Positions 38,873-52,383 are shown, numbered from the stretch's first letter. The stretch: DNA of 64,000 bases from Mobula hypostoma (GCF_963921235.1 NC_086108.1:78990001-79054000), one strand, 5' to 3'. The notes: a model not told the origin generated them from the letters alone. Numbers and translations: made by a program.

Positions 38873-40924
38873 CTCTGGCCCAAATATCGTTTGGGCCGTC
38901 GGGGTCACCAAATGTAGCGGTGCGCTACACACAGCGCTAGAATAACCACACGGAGCCGGTGAGTTGGAGTTGCGATAAAGAGATTTATTCAAACTTCGCG
39001 GCCTGCTTTAAAACCTTCCCGTTCCCGCCCTCCCTGGGCGGGACTGCTGTGGGGAATACATATTCCCAGACCCTTTCCGCACGCGGGATTTTCCTCCTGC
39101 TGGTGAAGATGGCCTGGCGCCCTTTTTGGGGCCGGCCCTCTGCCTGCGCGCGCTGTTGTGAGCCGGTTCGTGTGTGCCAGAAAGTGGGTCGCCACAGGTC
39201 CTTTAAAAACTGGCATTGCTCACAGAGATAGAAGCCATGTCTTTATGTTTTCCAAGTATTAATGTTTGCCTCAAACTTTCTTTTGGGTATTCATTAACAC
39301 AGAGAAACTTGCACTGAGAAACTTTCCACTTCACCGGATACCAAAATGAATTAATGCCAGAAAGTTAAACATAATCACTGACAGGTGATACGATTCCAGT
39401 GTGGAGATGGTTCAATAATTTCGTGGAGTACTGCGCTGGCATCACCTTGTGATTGTCCCAAACAAAACAGTATGTAGTAGACTAAATCAATAGAAAAAGA
39501 GTATGTGTTTAGTTTTCATAGTTTTAGGAGGCAGGGCTTAAATCGAGGAGCATTTTGCTTTCATAAAATATAAAACTAAATGGCATAAAAATCTTGTTTT
39601 GATTATGGGAAATGATGGGTTAAACTGAATTGATTTCAATATTTTCCAAAGAAATGTGTAGTTCAAAGAGGAGCTGGATGTGTGATGGCTATACATCTGA
39701 CCCCCTACTTTGGCGACAGGTTCAATTCACTCCCAAAAAATGTACTTTATTCATAAAAACCTGCAATTATACATAATAGGACATTCATGTGTTGTCATTT
39801 TTTCTATCCACTTGTATATTTGCTTACAACATTTGAATTATGTTAACAATGGCATACGGGTTTTCCTTCCCCCAATGTCCCTTCGGTGAGATGTTTGAGA
39901 GTATATCTTTTTAAACAGGGCCAACCATTCAGTGTTCAATGGATCCATCCTGGAGGCTGGTTGTGGAGCAGTCACATGTTGCAATGCAAGTTTCACACCA
40001 AGGAGGGCAGAGAACAACTCATCTGTTCATATGAGCAGGGTTATGGTCCATGTAATAAAAACATCAGTGCAGGTAAATGCTTGAATGATTTTACTTTAAT
40101 TTAATATTTTTAATTAATAAGTTCAATTACATTTCTTGTTCAATATAATTTACCTAGTAATTTGAATTTTTAGCCATTTTTTTCAGCTGTTTGGACAGCT
40201 TGAATAGTTTTTAAAGATGTCACCAGTAGAGGCATTTGTAAAAAAAAAAGCCTGTGATAGTGGACAGGTGGGCATTGCAGAACAGGACATAAGGATACAC
40301 TATCAGAGGAATTTTTGCTTCATGGAGCTAAGCATCATCTTGGTGGATTGGCTTGCACCGACTTCTGCATCAATATAACTAACTTTTGGGGAAGTCACTG
40401 CAGATGACAGATCCAGGATGATCTGTCCTTATATTCTTTGTATCATGGAAAAGCTATTTCCACCTTTTTTGATATCACCGATCTCTGCACCATCCCAGTT
40501 TGATGATGACTGAAACTCTCATTCAGCTCTATGTTTAGCAACTCTGTCATATGGATTTCTTTGATCAAGTTATAAATTTCATTGTGTGCTACAGCGGACC
40601 TCTGGTGTCCGGCCAGTAATGTAAACAATCAGGTTTAGCAGCCAGTCACACTGAGTAATTAGCTCAGACAGCAGAAGCAGGAAATGAATTTTAACTGTAT
40701 TATAAAAATATTTTACAGCGGTCAAAATAAATATTTTGTTAAGCAACTTTATTGCTAGTCATAATGTAACAAGGTCAAAAATTGGGTTTCAAGGTTCGAA
40801 GCCAATTTATATTCAAAGTCTGTTATCTTGAGATTCATTCTCTTGCAGGCATTTTGGGAAAAAGGAAATACAATTGAATTTTACAAAACAAAACTACACC
40901 TAAATAGATAAAGCGCACATACAG

Positions 40925-41860
40925 GCGATTCGGCAGATGCTGGAAGTTTTGAGCGACACACACAAAACTCTGCAATTCAGGCAGCATCTATGGAGAGGAG
41001 TAAACATTTCGGCCCAAGATCCTTCATTGGACAAAGACTGATTAACACCAATGAGAAAAAGAAGAACATGGAGCACATGATAAACATAAGAGGTTCTGCA
41101 AATGCTAGAAATCTAGAGGAACACACACAAAATGCTGGAGGAACTCGGTAGGTCAGGCAGCATCTATGGAAATGAATCAACAGTCAACATTTTGGGCTGA
41201 GACTCTTCATCAGGACTGGAAAGGAAGTGGGGAAATGCCAGAATAAAGTGTTTAGGGAAGGGATGGAGGACAAGCTGGAAGGTGATAAATGAAACCAGGT
41301 CGGGGCGGGGGGGGGGGGGGAATGGAGGATGAAGAAAGAAGCTGAGAAGTGATAATTAGAAAAGAGAATTGTTGGTGAAGAAGGTCTCAGGAAGAATACG
41401 TGGCAATGGTAGGAATCTGGGTAAGCACATGGTTAAAGATTCAGGTGGCAGCAGAGATTACAGAGGGAGAGCAGTGAGAGAGGGACTCACTGACCTCAAT
41501 TGAAGAGAAAATTTAAATTTCTTCAGGGTTGGTATACCTTGAAGAGACTTCACAGTGGAGCGGCAAATCATGAGCACAAGAGATTCTGCAGCTGTTGGAA
41601 ATGCAGAGTAACACGCTCAAACTGTTGGAGGAACTGGACAGGTCAGATGGTATCTATAGAAAAGAATCAACTGTTAGTGTTTTGAGCTAAGCCCCTTCAC
41701 CAGGATTGGAAAGGAAGGAGGAAGATGCCAGAATAAGAAGGCGGGGAGAGGGGAAGGAGGACAACCTAGAAGATGATAGGCGAGGCCAGGTCGGGGAGGG
41801 GGTATGGTATGAAGCTGGGAGGTGATAATTAGAAAAAGCAAAGGGCTGGATAACAAGGTT
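40925..41860 (-). repeat. Three same-orientation decayed PLE 3'-terminal repeats
   Basis: ctgcagatgctggaa...acacacaaaatgctggaggaactc units at about 40930, 41092 and 41582, each followed by a decayed hammerhead. Confidence 0.7.
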
Positions 41861-41949
41861 CCGGGAAGGATACATGGGAGAACATGAATTGTAAATGATT
41901 CTTGAAAACGAGTTTGCAGATTGTAGATTCATTTCAGAGGAGGGTGAAT

Positions 41950-42630
41950 GAAGTTTTCCAGGCTGGGGGGATGGATAACTGATGGTTTTACAGTAATAAC
42001 TGTTCCTGAATCTGGTAGAGAGGGACCTAAGGCTTCTGTACCTCATGTCCAATGGTAGCAGTGATAAGAGGGCATGGCTTGGATGGTGAGGTCTTTAATG
42101 AAGGATTCCGCTTTCTTAGAGGCAGCACTCCATATAAGTATACTCAGTGGTGGGGAGGGCTTTGGCTGTGATGGTCTGGGCTGCACCTACCACTTTCAGA
42201 AGACTTTTCCATTCCTAAGCATTGGCGTTTCTATACAGGCAGTTAGGATACCCTCCACTGCATCTGTAGAAGTTTGACAACGTATTTGGTAACGTGCTGA
42301 GTTTATGCAAACTCCTAAGAAAGTAGAAGCACTGTTGTGCCTTCTTTGTGTTCCCAGGACATACCCTCTGATATGTTGATGCCAGGTAGTTTAAAGCTAC
42401 TAAGCTTTTCCCCTAATGAGGACTTCTGGCTTCTTCCTCATGTAGTTGTTTGGTTTTCTGACATTGTGTGTAAGGTTCTTCATGTGGCACCATTCAACCA
42501 GATTTTCAATCTCTCTCCTATATACCGATTCATTGCCACACTTGATTTGGCCAACAACGATTGTGTTATCAGGGAACTTAAATATGGCATTGGAGCTGTA
42601 CTTGGCCACACAATCATAGATATAATGTGA
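41950..42630 (-). mobile_element. Rex1/Babar-like LINE fragment
   Basis: ORF 42400-42609 (NAIFKFPDNTIVVGQI...ESVYRREIENLVEWC). Confidence 0.75.
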
Positions 42631-43254
42631 ATATATTTTGAAGAAATTTTGACTTCATACATCTTAATGAACTACATGAATTTGGTCAAAATCAGTGATA
42701 TTTGCAGTCTGGTTTGAAAGGACCAATACTTACTCTCATCACTGTTGGAAGTATTACTCAAGTTGATACGTAAATAACAGAACAAAACTGATGAGGAGAA
42801 CTATTCCCTGTTTCCTCTTTTCTGTGTTCTAACCAATACTTTCCATGTTGCAAATTTAGTGTTATAAAGCAACCATTATTTCAAAGAATTAAATTCCATC
42901 ACCAGTGTAGAGATAAATAAAAATGTTGAATTTGGAACAAATTCATGAAAAGGCTGCCTCAAAGGAATGATTAATATGTTTGTCAGGGGCCAAATTACTT
43001 TGTTTTGCACCAGAGGTTTCTTTGAACATCATAGTTTTGAAAGTCACTACCATGGTCTTAAAGATACCATATGCAATATATCCACTAAATTCATATTAAA
43101 AACATGTATTTTTATGATTATATTTTCTCAAGGTCGAAATTGAATATTAACTACAGGAGACTGATAATTATTTTTATAAAGAAGGGAGTAGAAAAGAGTG
43201 CCATCCAAGCATTAACTGCTCCCACATGAATTGATATAACTTCAAGGAAAATTC

Positions 43255-44160
43255 AGAATCAGGGTCAGCCCTATTATCACCAGAATGTGTCGTGAAATTT
43301 GTTAACTTAGCAACAGCAGTTCAATGCAATACATAATATAGAAGAAGAGGAAAAAATAGTAGTAATAATTAAATCAATTATCAAAGTATACATATATTGA
43401 ACAGATTAAATATCGTGCAGAAAAACAGAACTAATATATATTTTAAAAGTGAGGTAGAGTTCACAGGTTCAATTTCCATTTAGGAATCGGATGGCAGAGG
43501 GGAAGAAGCTGTTCCTGAATCGCTGAGTGTGTGCTTCTGTACTTCCTTTCTGATGGTAACAGTGAGAAAAGGGCATGCCCTGGGTGCTGGGGGTTCTTAA
43601 TAACGGACGCTGCCTTTCTGAGACGCCGCTCCTTGAAGATGTCCTGGGTACTTTGTAGGCTGGTACCCAAGACAGAGCCGACTAAACTAACAACCCTCTG
43701 CAGCTTCTTTCGGTCCTGTGCAATAGCCCCCCATACCAGACAGTGATGCAGCCTGTCAGAATGCTCTCCACCGAACATCTATAGAAGTTTTTGAGTGTAT
43801 TTCTTGATGTGTCAAGTCTCTTCAAACTCCTAATGAAGTAAGTCGCTGTCTTGCCTTCTTTATAACTGCATTGATATGTTGGGACCAGGTTAAATTCACA
43901 GAGATCTTGACACCCAGGAACTTGAAGCTGCTCATTCTCTCCGCTTCTGATCCCGCTATGAGGAATTAGTATGTGTTCTTTCATCTTACCCTTCCTGAAT
44001 TCCCCAGTCAGCACTTTCGTCTTACTGATGTTGAGTGCCAGGTTGTTGTTGTGGCACCACTGCACTAGTTGGCAGATCTCACTCCCGTACGCCCTCTCGT
44101 CACCACCTGAGATTCTACCAACAATGGTTGTATCATCAGCAAATTTATAGATGGTATTTG
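43255..44160 (-). mobile_element. Rex1/Babar-like LINE 3' end
   Basis: KFADDTTIVG, WCHNNNLALNISKTK and ESILTGCITVWYG remnants; tail with tctgaccctgattctga. Confidence 0.85.
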
Positions 44161-44371
44161 TATCATCAATGCCTTATTAAAAATATATAAATTTTGCATC
44201 CTTGGACTAGAGATCTGAATAAAAATCATAACCTTGACTGGCCAATTATAAATGGATATTAGGATAGTGCACAGAAGCTCAGGAATTTCTACAGAAATCA
44301 TGGACTAGAATTGGAAATGATTGTACCGAATTAAAATCAAATATAGATAAAAAATAGTAAAGACTAGATAT

Positions 44372-44494
44372 TCTGCAGATGCTGGAAATGCTGAGTAAAA
44401 CACACACAAAATGCTGGAGGAACTCAGCAGGTCAGGCAGCATCTATGTGGAAGATAAATAGTTGATGTTTTGGGCAGAGGCACTTCATCAGGAC
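44372..44494 (-). repeat. Decayed PLE terminal repeat
   Basis: Same terminus as the other copies; CTGATGA retained but GAAA lost. Confidence 0.65.
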
Positions 44495-44780
44495 ATAATT
44501 AGATTAAAATATGTACTTTGATATTGTAAAACTTAGTCTAAATCCAAACACTTATCAGTCACAGGAGATCATATTCACCATTTGAGCCATTAACATTTAT
44601 GAGAGCAAAACAGGCTGAAATGCAACAGTATAATGTTACGAACCCACAAGTTTTGTTTACTGTGGACTGTCACTTCAAGAGCGTCCAAATAAGGCGGGAC
44701 TGTGATGTTGCTCACTGACTGACTTGCAGCTTGTTTAACTTTAAAACAAGGACACAGACAGTCACGGTCAGAAGTCAGTC

Positions 44781-45360
44781 GAGGAGGGAGGGAGGGAGGG
44801 AGAGAGAGAGAGGAGAGAGAGAGAGGAGAGAGAGTGGGGGAGAGAGAGAGAGGGGGAGAGAGAGTGGGGGAGAGAGAGAGGGAGAGAGAGAGAGGAGAGA
44901 GAGGAGAGAGGAGAGAGAGAGGGGGAGAGAGAGGGGGAGAGAGAGTGGGGGGAGAGAGGGGAGAGAGAGGGGAGAGAGAGAGGGAGAGAGAGAGAGGGAG
45001 AGGAGAGAGAGAGGGGGGAGAGAGAGTGGGGGGAGAGAGAGGGGAGAGAGAGTGGGGGGAGAGAGAGGGGGAGAGAGAGAGGGGAGAGAGAGAGGAGAGG
45101 AGAGAGAGGGGGGAGAGGAGAGAGAGAGAGAGGAGAGAGAGAGGAGAGAGAGGAGAGAGAGAGGAGAGAGAGGAGAGAGAGAGAGAAGAGAGAGAGAGAG
45201 GAGAGGAGAGAGAGGAGAGAGAGGAGAGAGAGAGACAGAGAGGAGAGGAGCGAGAGGAGAGAGAAAGAGAGAGAGAGGAGAGGAGAGAGAGGAGCGAGAG
45301 GAGAGGAGAGAGAGGAGAGAGAGGAGAGAGGGGGGGGAGAGAGAAAGAGGGAGAGAGACA
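44781..45360. repeat. Polypurine (GA/GGA)n low-complexity tract
   Basis: About 580 bp almost purely G/A. Confidence 0.95.
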
Positions 45361-45573
45361 CACACACAAACCTGGAAAAGGGTAGCAGCTCCAGCTTGTT
45401 GAAGCTGGGGATTTGGAACTCTGCTATACCCACAAGGGTGGGTTAATTATCGATCCAGTGCACAACGAACGTGTGGCTATCAATTTTTATAATCCATAGG
45501 ACTGGATTAAGGAATGCCCTGTGGGACCACTCGAAGTTAACCCTTGCCTGGGTATGTTATGTGGTAACCCCTT

Positions 45574-48500
45574 TCTTTTTTTTAAATCTTTTTATTAAAT
45601 AAGTATACAAAAAGGTAAGCCATATAGACACTAATACATTGTTAGAATATAATAAAATTACAGAAGATATTAATACAAAAAAAATACTACAAACAATGTA
45701 ATTTAAACATAACGTACCAAGGTAACATAATAGTATACTAATTTTATATATATATCAATGAAGAAAAAGAAAAAAAAACCCAAAAAAAACCCACCGTGCA
45801 ACTAACTAAAAGCAACGCAAAGCAATGGGCTAACTTGAAACCAAACAGAGTTAAACTTAAAATCACATCCTCAATCCCGACCTCCATTAAAAACAGTGAA
45901 AAAAACAAGAAGGGTATATATTACATTAAATGAAAATATTGAATAAAAGATCTCCAAGTCTGTTCAAATTTAAATGAGGAGTCATAAAGATTGCTTCTAA
46001 TTTTCTCCAAATTCAAGCATAATATCCTCTGAGAAAACCAAAAAAAGGTAGTTGGAGCATTAAGCTCTTTCCAATGTTGTAAGATACATCTTTTCGCCAT
46101 TAAAGTAAGAAATGCAATCATTCTACGGGCTGAAGGGGAGAGATTACTGGAAATTTTAGGTAGTCCAAAGATAGCAGTAATAGGGTGAGGAGAGATATCT
46201 ATATTCAATACCTTGGAGATAATATTAAAAATGTCTCTCCAAAAAGTTTCCAAAGTAGGGCAAGACCAAAACATATGAGTTAAAGAGGCTATCTGCCCCG
46301 GACATCTATCACAAAAAGGATTAATATGAGAATAAAAGCGCGCTAACTTATCTTTGGACATATGTGCTCTATGAACAACTTTAAATTGAATTAGGGAATG
46401 TTTAGCACAGATAGAGGAAGTATTGACTAATTGTAAAATCTGCCCCCAGTCATCCACAGAAATGGTAAACCCCAATTCCTGTTCCCAATCTACCCTAATC
46501 TTATCAAATGGAGCTTTCCTAAGTTTCATAATAATATTATAAATCATAGCCGATGCACCTTTCTGACATGGATTAAGGTTGATTATAATATCTAAAATGT
46601 ATGTAGGAGGGAGCATTGGAAAAGAAGAAAGTATAGTACTTAGAAAATTTCTAACTTGTAAATATCTAAAAAAATGTATTCTTGATAAGTTATATTTATT
46701 AGATAATTGTTCAAAAGACATAAGGGAACCATCTAAAAATAAATCCAAAAACCGTGAAATACCCTTAGTCTTCCAAATTTGAAAAGCACGATCTGTAAAA
46801 GAGGGAGGAAAAAATATGTTACCTAAAATAGGAATCGCTAACCCAAATTGATTAAGATCAAAAAATTTTCTGAATTGAAACCAAATACGCAAGGTGTATT
46901 TAACTATCGGGTTAGACACCTGTTTAAGGCGTTTCCAATCAAAAGGGAGAGAGGAACCTAAAATAGAGCCAAGTGTAAAACCCTGAACAGATTGTAATTC
47001 CAATACTACCCATTTAGGAATGGATAGTATATCCTGGTCCAGTAACCAGAATTTCATATGTCGAATATTAATTGCCCAATAATAAAATCTAAAGTTAGGT
47101 AATGCTAAGCCTCCATCTCTCTTAGCTTTCTGTAAATGTATTTTACCGAGTCTCGGGTTTTTATTCTGCCAAATAAATGAAGAAATTTTAGAGTCAACTT
47201 TGTCAAAAAAAGATTTTGGAACAAAGATTGGTAATACCTGAAATATATATAAAAATTTTGGCAAAAAAAACATCTTAACTGCGTTAATACGACCAATCAA
47301 AGTTAAATATAAAGGAAGCCATTTAGATGAAAGTTGAGTAATATGGTCTATTAATGGTAAAAAGTTAGTCTTAAATAAATCTTTGTATTTACAAGTAATT
47401 TTAATCCCAAGATATGAAAAATAATTATTAATCAATTTAAATGGAAATTTATAATATAAGGGAAGTTGTTTATTAATCGGAAAGAGTTCACTCTTACTAA
47501 GATTTAATTTATAACCTGAAAAAAGACCAAATTGTGCTAATAACTCTAAAACAGCCGGGATGGATTTTTGAGGATTAGAAATATATAAAAGTAAATCATC
47601 AGCATAGAGTGATAACTTATGGGACTTTAAGCCCCGAGTTATCCCAGTAATATTTGGAGATTCTCGAATGGTAATTGCAAGAGGTTCTAATGCAATATCA
47701 AATAATAAGGGACTAAGAGGACAGCCTTGTCGAGTACCTCGAAAAAGAGGGAAAAAAGGTGAACTTAAAGAGTTAGTACGGACCGAGGCCACAGGAGAAT
47801 AATATAAGAGTTTAATCCAGGATATAAATTTCAAGCTGAAATTAAACCTTTCAAGCACCTTAAATAAATAAGGCCATTCTACTCTATCAAAAGCTTTCTC
47901 GGCATCTAAAGAGATAACACACTCAGGAACATTTTGTGAGGGAGTATAAACGATATTTAACAGTGTACGAATATTATAAAAAGAGTAACGACCTTTAATA
48001 AAACCCGTTTGGTCTTCCGAAATAATAGAGGGAAGTACTTTTTCTAATCTATTTGCTAATAACTTAGAAAAAACTTTAGAATCAACATTTAATAAAGATA
48101 TTGGTCTATAAGATGCACATTGAGCAGGATCTTTATCCTTCTTTAATATTAAAGAGATTGACGCTCTATTAAAAGATTCAGGAAGTTTACCGAGTTTCGA
48201 TGAAGCCTCAAAAACCCTACAGAGCCAAGGGATTAATGAAGGAGCAAAACATTTATAAAATTCAACGGTAAACCCTTCAGGGCCAGGAGCTTTCCCCAAA
48301 TTCATAGAGAAAATAACATTCTTAATCTCATCCATGGTAATAGGAGTATCTAACATAGAAGCCATATCCTGTGAAATCTCAGGGAAGTCTAAATTATCTA
48401 AAAAATCATTCATATATTTAGAATCTCGAGGAGACTCTGATTGATATAAGGAAGAGTAAAAATCACAGAAGGTTTGATTAATCCCAACATGATCAAGTAT

Positions 48501-49341
48501 TAGTCAATCATTTTGGTTATAAATCTGATTAATTTGAGATTTAGCATAATTAGACTTCAATTGATTAGCCAACAGTTTACCAATTTTGTCACTGTGTACA
48601 TAAAATTCACTTCTTGTTTTCTTTAATTGATTTACAATCGAGGACGAGAGTAATAAACTGTGTTCCATTTGAAGTTCAGTTCTTTGTTTATATAACTCCT
48701 CAGAAGGAGCTATAACATATTTCTTATCAATTTCCTTAATCTTGTCCACAATTACCAACTTCTCCTGCTTCTGCTTCTTCCTCAAAGCAGCAGAATACGA
48801 GATAATCTGACCACGAATATAAGCTTTAAAAGTATCCCAAAGAGTGTTAACAGAAATATCCTCTGTATGGTTAATTGTAAAAAAAAGACCAATCTGTTCA
48901 TTCATAAAGTTAACAAAGTCCGAGTCCTGAAGCAACAGCGAATTAAAACGCCATTGTTTATTATTTTGTATATTGGCCAGAATTTTAATAGAAAGCTTAA
49001 GTGGAGCATGATCCGAAATGGTTATAGAATCATAATCACATTTAATCACTGAGGGAATAAGACGAGAATCAATAAAGAAATAATCAATTCTTGAATAGGA
49101 ATGATGAACATGTGAAAAAAAAGAAAAATCTTTTTCCTGAGGATGCAAAAAGCGCCAAATGTCCGTCGACCCAGAATCAGAAAGAAATGAATTAATCAAA
49201 GTTGCAGATTTATTAGGTAAGGTCCGTAAAGGAGCCGAACGGTCCAAAGCTGGAGACAAACAGGTATTAAGATCTCCGCCCCAGATCAATGAAAACTCAT
49301 TCAAATTCGGAAACTGATTAAATAATGATTTATAAAATTCT
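45574..49341 (-). mobile_element. Young 5'-truncated L1-clade LINE; ORF2 (partial APE, RT, C-terminal Cys/His) with one in-frame stop
   Basis: ORFs 48504-49364 and 45921-48413 share a frame, separated by TGA at 48506-48504; GTRQGCPLSP, YADD, CDRC...HMFWSC; poly(A); TSD TGGTAACCCCTT (45562-45573, 49342-49353). Confidence 0.95.
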
Positions 49342-50426
49342 TGGTAACCCCTTGAAGATGACACCCCTGTGACAGATCACTCTGATGGTAATTCGTATGT
49401 GGATTTGGAACGGCTCGACAGAGGATCTTCGACAACTGATATTTATTAATTACCACATGGAACCCGTGGAATTCGACGTAATTGCCTTCTCTCTACATTT
49501 ACCCTGGATCTCTCCTAACATTCATTCCGTGGATGAACTGAACTTTCCTATTTTTAAATCTTCCTGGTTTTACTCATATGAACAGATCCTGGCATTTTAA
49601 TTTAACTTGATAAGGACTTTCTAAAATTTTTGGAGAATCAAACTACTCTTTTTTTTTGAAGAAAATATGTTGGAAGAGACTTCTGATCTCATCATTTGGG
49701 ATGATTTTAAGGCCTATTTTAGAGGACAAATTATCTCCTGTACTGCATATATTAAGAAAAATGCTAATAGAGAACTCACTTAGTTAATCAATTAAAACAG
49801 CTAGACCAGAAATATGCTTTGGCACCAGACCCTGAACTATACAAAATACATACTGAAATTAAAACTAAATATGATCTTCTTATAATGTATCCATTTGAAA
49901 GCCAACTTTTAAAAGATAGAAGCCAATTCTATATACATGGAGAAAAAACTGGTAAACTATTGGCTAATCAATTGAAGACCTTTATAGCTAAATGGCAAAT
50001 TAAAGAAATTCGCAAGACCAATGGTAATTTGACAACTGACCATTTTGAAATAAATGACACTTTTTGAGAGTTTTATTCTAAACTGTATAGTTCTGATTTT
50101 GTTAAAGATAATATTGCAATGAATAATTTTTTAGACCAATTAAATATTCCTGGACTTTCAGTTGATAATCAAAAGCAGTTGTATCACCCTATTTCTCAGG
50201 AGGTAATCACTGAGGCTATACATTCATTGCATTCTGGGAAATCTCCAGGACCTGACAGATTCTCTGGAGAATTTTATCAGGCTTTTTCTTCATTGTTTAA
50301 ACCTCATTTATGTTCTACCCTTACTGATTCCTTCAAGGTGGGTAAGTTGCCACAGTCTTTTTATGAAGTTTCCATTTCGCTTATTCTTAAAAAGAATAAG
50401 AATCCCATCGAATTCTCTTCATATAG

Positions 50427-51492
50427 CAGACATTCCACCTCTCCCGGAACTTCCGGGAGTCTCCCGCCCATTAAAAGTGGCTCCCTGATGCCCGCAAATT
50501 ATATACAATGTCCCGGAAATTGATTTTTTTTGAGACCAAGCGTGAGAGAACGCGCGAGAAAGAGCAAGAAAGCAAGCGCGAGTGAGAGCGACCACGACAG
50601 AGAGAGAGCGAGCGCAAGTGAGAGCGACTGCGAGAGAGAGCGAGAGCAAGAGCGAGAGAGAGCGAGAGAGCGACCACGACAGAGAGAGAGCGAGAGCAAG
50701 AGCGAGAGAGCGACCACGACAGAGAGAGAGCGAGAGAGCGAGCGCAAGTGAGAGCGACTGCGAGAGAGAGAGCGAGAACAAGAGCGAGAGAGCGACCACG
50801 ACAGAGAGAGAGCGAGAGCGAGAGAGCGAGCGCAAGTGAGAGCGACTGCGAGAGAGAGCGACCACGACAGAGAGAGAGCGAGAGCGACTGCGAGAGAGAG
50901 CGAGAGCAAGAGCGAGAGAGCGACCACAACAGAGAGAGAGCGAGAGCAAGTGAGAGCGACTGCGAGAGAGAGCGAGAGCGACTGCGAGAGAGCGACCACA
51001 ACAGAGAGAGAGCGAGAGAGCGACCACGACAGAGAGAGAGCGAGCGCAAGTGAGAGCGACTGCGAGAGAGAGCGAGAGTGAGCGCGAGTGAGTGACCGCA
51101 AGAGAGCGAGAGCGACCACGAACGAGAGAGCAAGAGTTCCAAAAAAAGTCAGAGTAGCAGAGTGTTCCAAAAAAAGAAAATATAAAACATACGTCACCCC
51201 AGACTACACTAAAGTGTACCCCTGCCTAATAGAGCTCAAAATAATGGCAGTGTTGCTCGCTGCACTGTTTGCAACAGTGACTTTTCTATTGCCTCTGGTG
51301 GGTTAAGACTGGAAAAGTCATGTTGAGGTGAGTTTAACAGCTGTCATTCGTTCATTAGTATAGCTAACGTTATTTAAACTAGCTGGCTGCTAAGGAGCTA
51401 CTCGATTGCAGACATCTCACCTCTCCCGGAAGTCTCCCGCAAATTGATGGTGCTACCTCCCTGAAATGAGTTTTTGCAGGGTGGGATGTCTG
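50427..51492 (+). mobile_element. Non-autonomous hAT-like element, copy 1, with internal GA-rich minisatellite
   Basis: TIRs CAGACATTCCACC / GGTGGGATGTCTG; ATATAG duplicated on both sides; interrupts the L1 codons for SSYRPIS; BED-finger remnant. Confidence 0.85.
50545..51135. repeat. Complex GA-rich minisatellite (GAGAGCGACCACGACA / GAGCGCAAGTGAGAGCGACTGC units)
   Basis: Directly visible repeated modules. Confidence 0.9.
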
Positions 51493-52290
51493 ATATAGAC
51501 CAATCTCTTTACTCAATGTTGATGCTAAGATCCTATCTAAAGTCTTGGCCCATAGACTCGTGAATATTATACCTTCTATAATATCTGATGATCAAACAGG
51601 ATTTATTCAAAATTAATATATTTAATATACGGCGATTGTTAAATGTTATGCATTCTCCATCCAAGGAAATATCGGAATGTGTGATTTCTTTGGATGTGGA
51701 GAAGGCTTTTGACCGAGTTGAATGGAATTACCTGGTTAAAACCTTAGAAAAATTTAATTTTGGGGCCAATTTTATTTTTTGAATTAAATTACTTATCTCC
51801 CTCCGCTCGGGTCCTGACTAACTTTCAGAATTCTAAACCAATTAAACTCCAACATGGAACCAGACAAGGTTTCAGTTGAGCTCTTTGCTTTTTGATTTGG
51901 TATTAGAACCTTTAGCAATTGCCTTTCGAGAGTCTAAAGATATCACTGGTATCTTAAGGAAATGTACTATTCATAAAGATTCGCTGTATGCTGATGACCT
52001 ATTGCTTTTTATATCTAATGTTACAACTTCTTCACCCTCTATGTTTCTTTTATTGACTAATTTTAATCAGTTTTCAGGATATAAATTGAATTTACATAAG
52101 AGTAAATTGTTTCCTTTAAATAACTTGATACCATCCAATATTAACCTTCCTTTTAAAATTGTAAGAAAACAATTTACATATTTGGGTGTACCAATCACTA
52201 AGAATTATAAAGATCTATTTAAAGAAAATTTTCTAACCTCAATGAATTATGTGAAATAGACACTTTCTAATTGGTCGCCTCTTTCTTTAT

Positions 52291-52383
52291 GCAACACACA
52301 TAAAAGTTGCTGGTGAACGCAGCAGGCCAGGCAGCATCTCTAGGAAGAGGTGCAGTCGACGTTTCAGGCCCTTCCTGTCGTTT
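52291..52383. mobile_element. Minimal 93-bp PLE terminal insertion
   Basis: Exact 14-bp TSD GCCTCTTTCTTTAT (52277-52290, 52384-52397); inverted terminal arm followed by the extreme 3' end ttcctgtcgttt. Confidence 0.88.

Larger units (their letters stand above)
34824..39196 (-). mobile_element. Full-length CsRn1/Kabuki-type Ty3/Gypsy LTR retrotransposon (mildly decayed)
   Basis: LTRs 34824-35108 and 38913-39196 (TG...CA, about 94-95% identical); TSD GGTC; PBS TGGTGACCCCGACG (38910-38897, tRNA-Trp); PPT about 35109-35121; gag with CHCC knuckle, protease DTG, RT YLDD, RNase H, integrase HHCC/GPF. Confidence 0.97.

Noticed and set aside
40590..40630. CTCF-like and Forkhead-like motifs in unique sequence
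   Set aside because: Partial matches of this kind are expected by chance; no conservation data
44590..45433. Long Ser/Leu/Pro- and Arg/Glu-rich ORFs
   Set aside because: By-products of the GA repeat, which has no stop codons
50419..51197. SR-like ORFs of 200-230 aa
   Set aside because: Translation of the minisatellite in the hAT-like element
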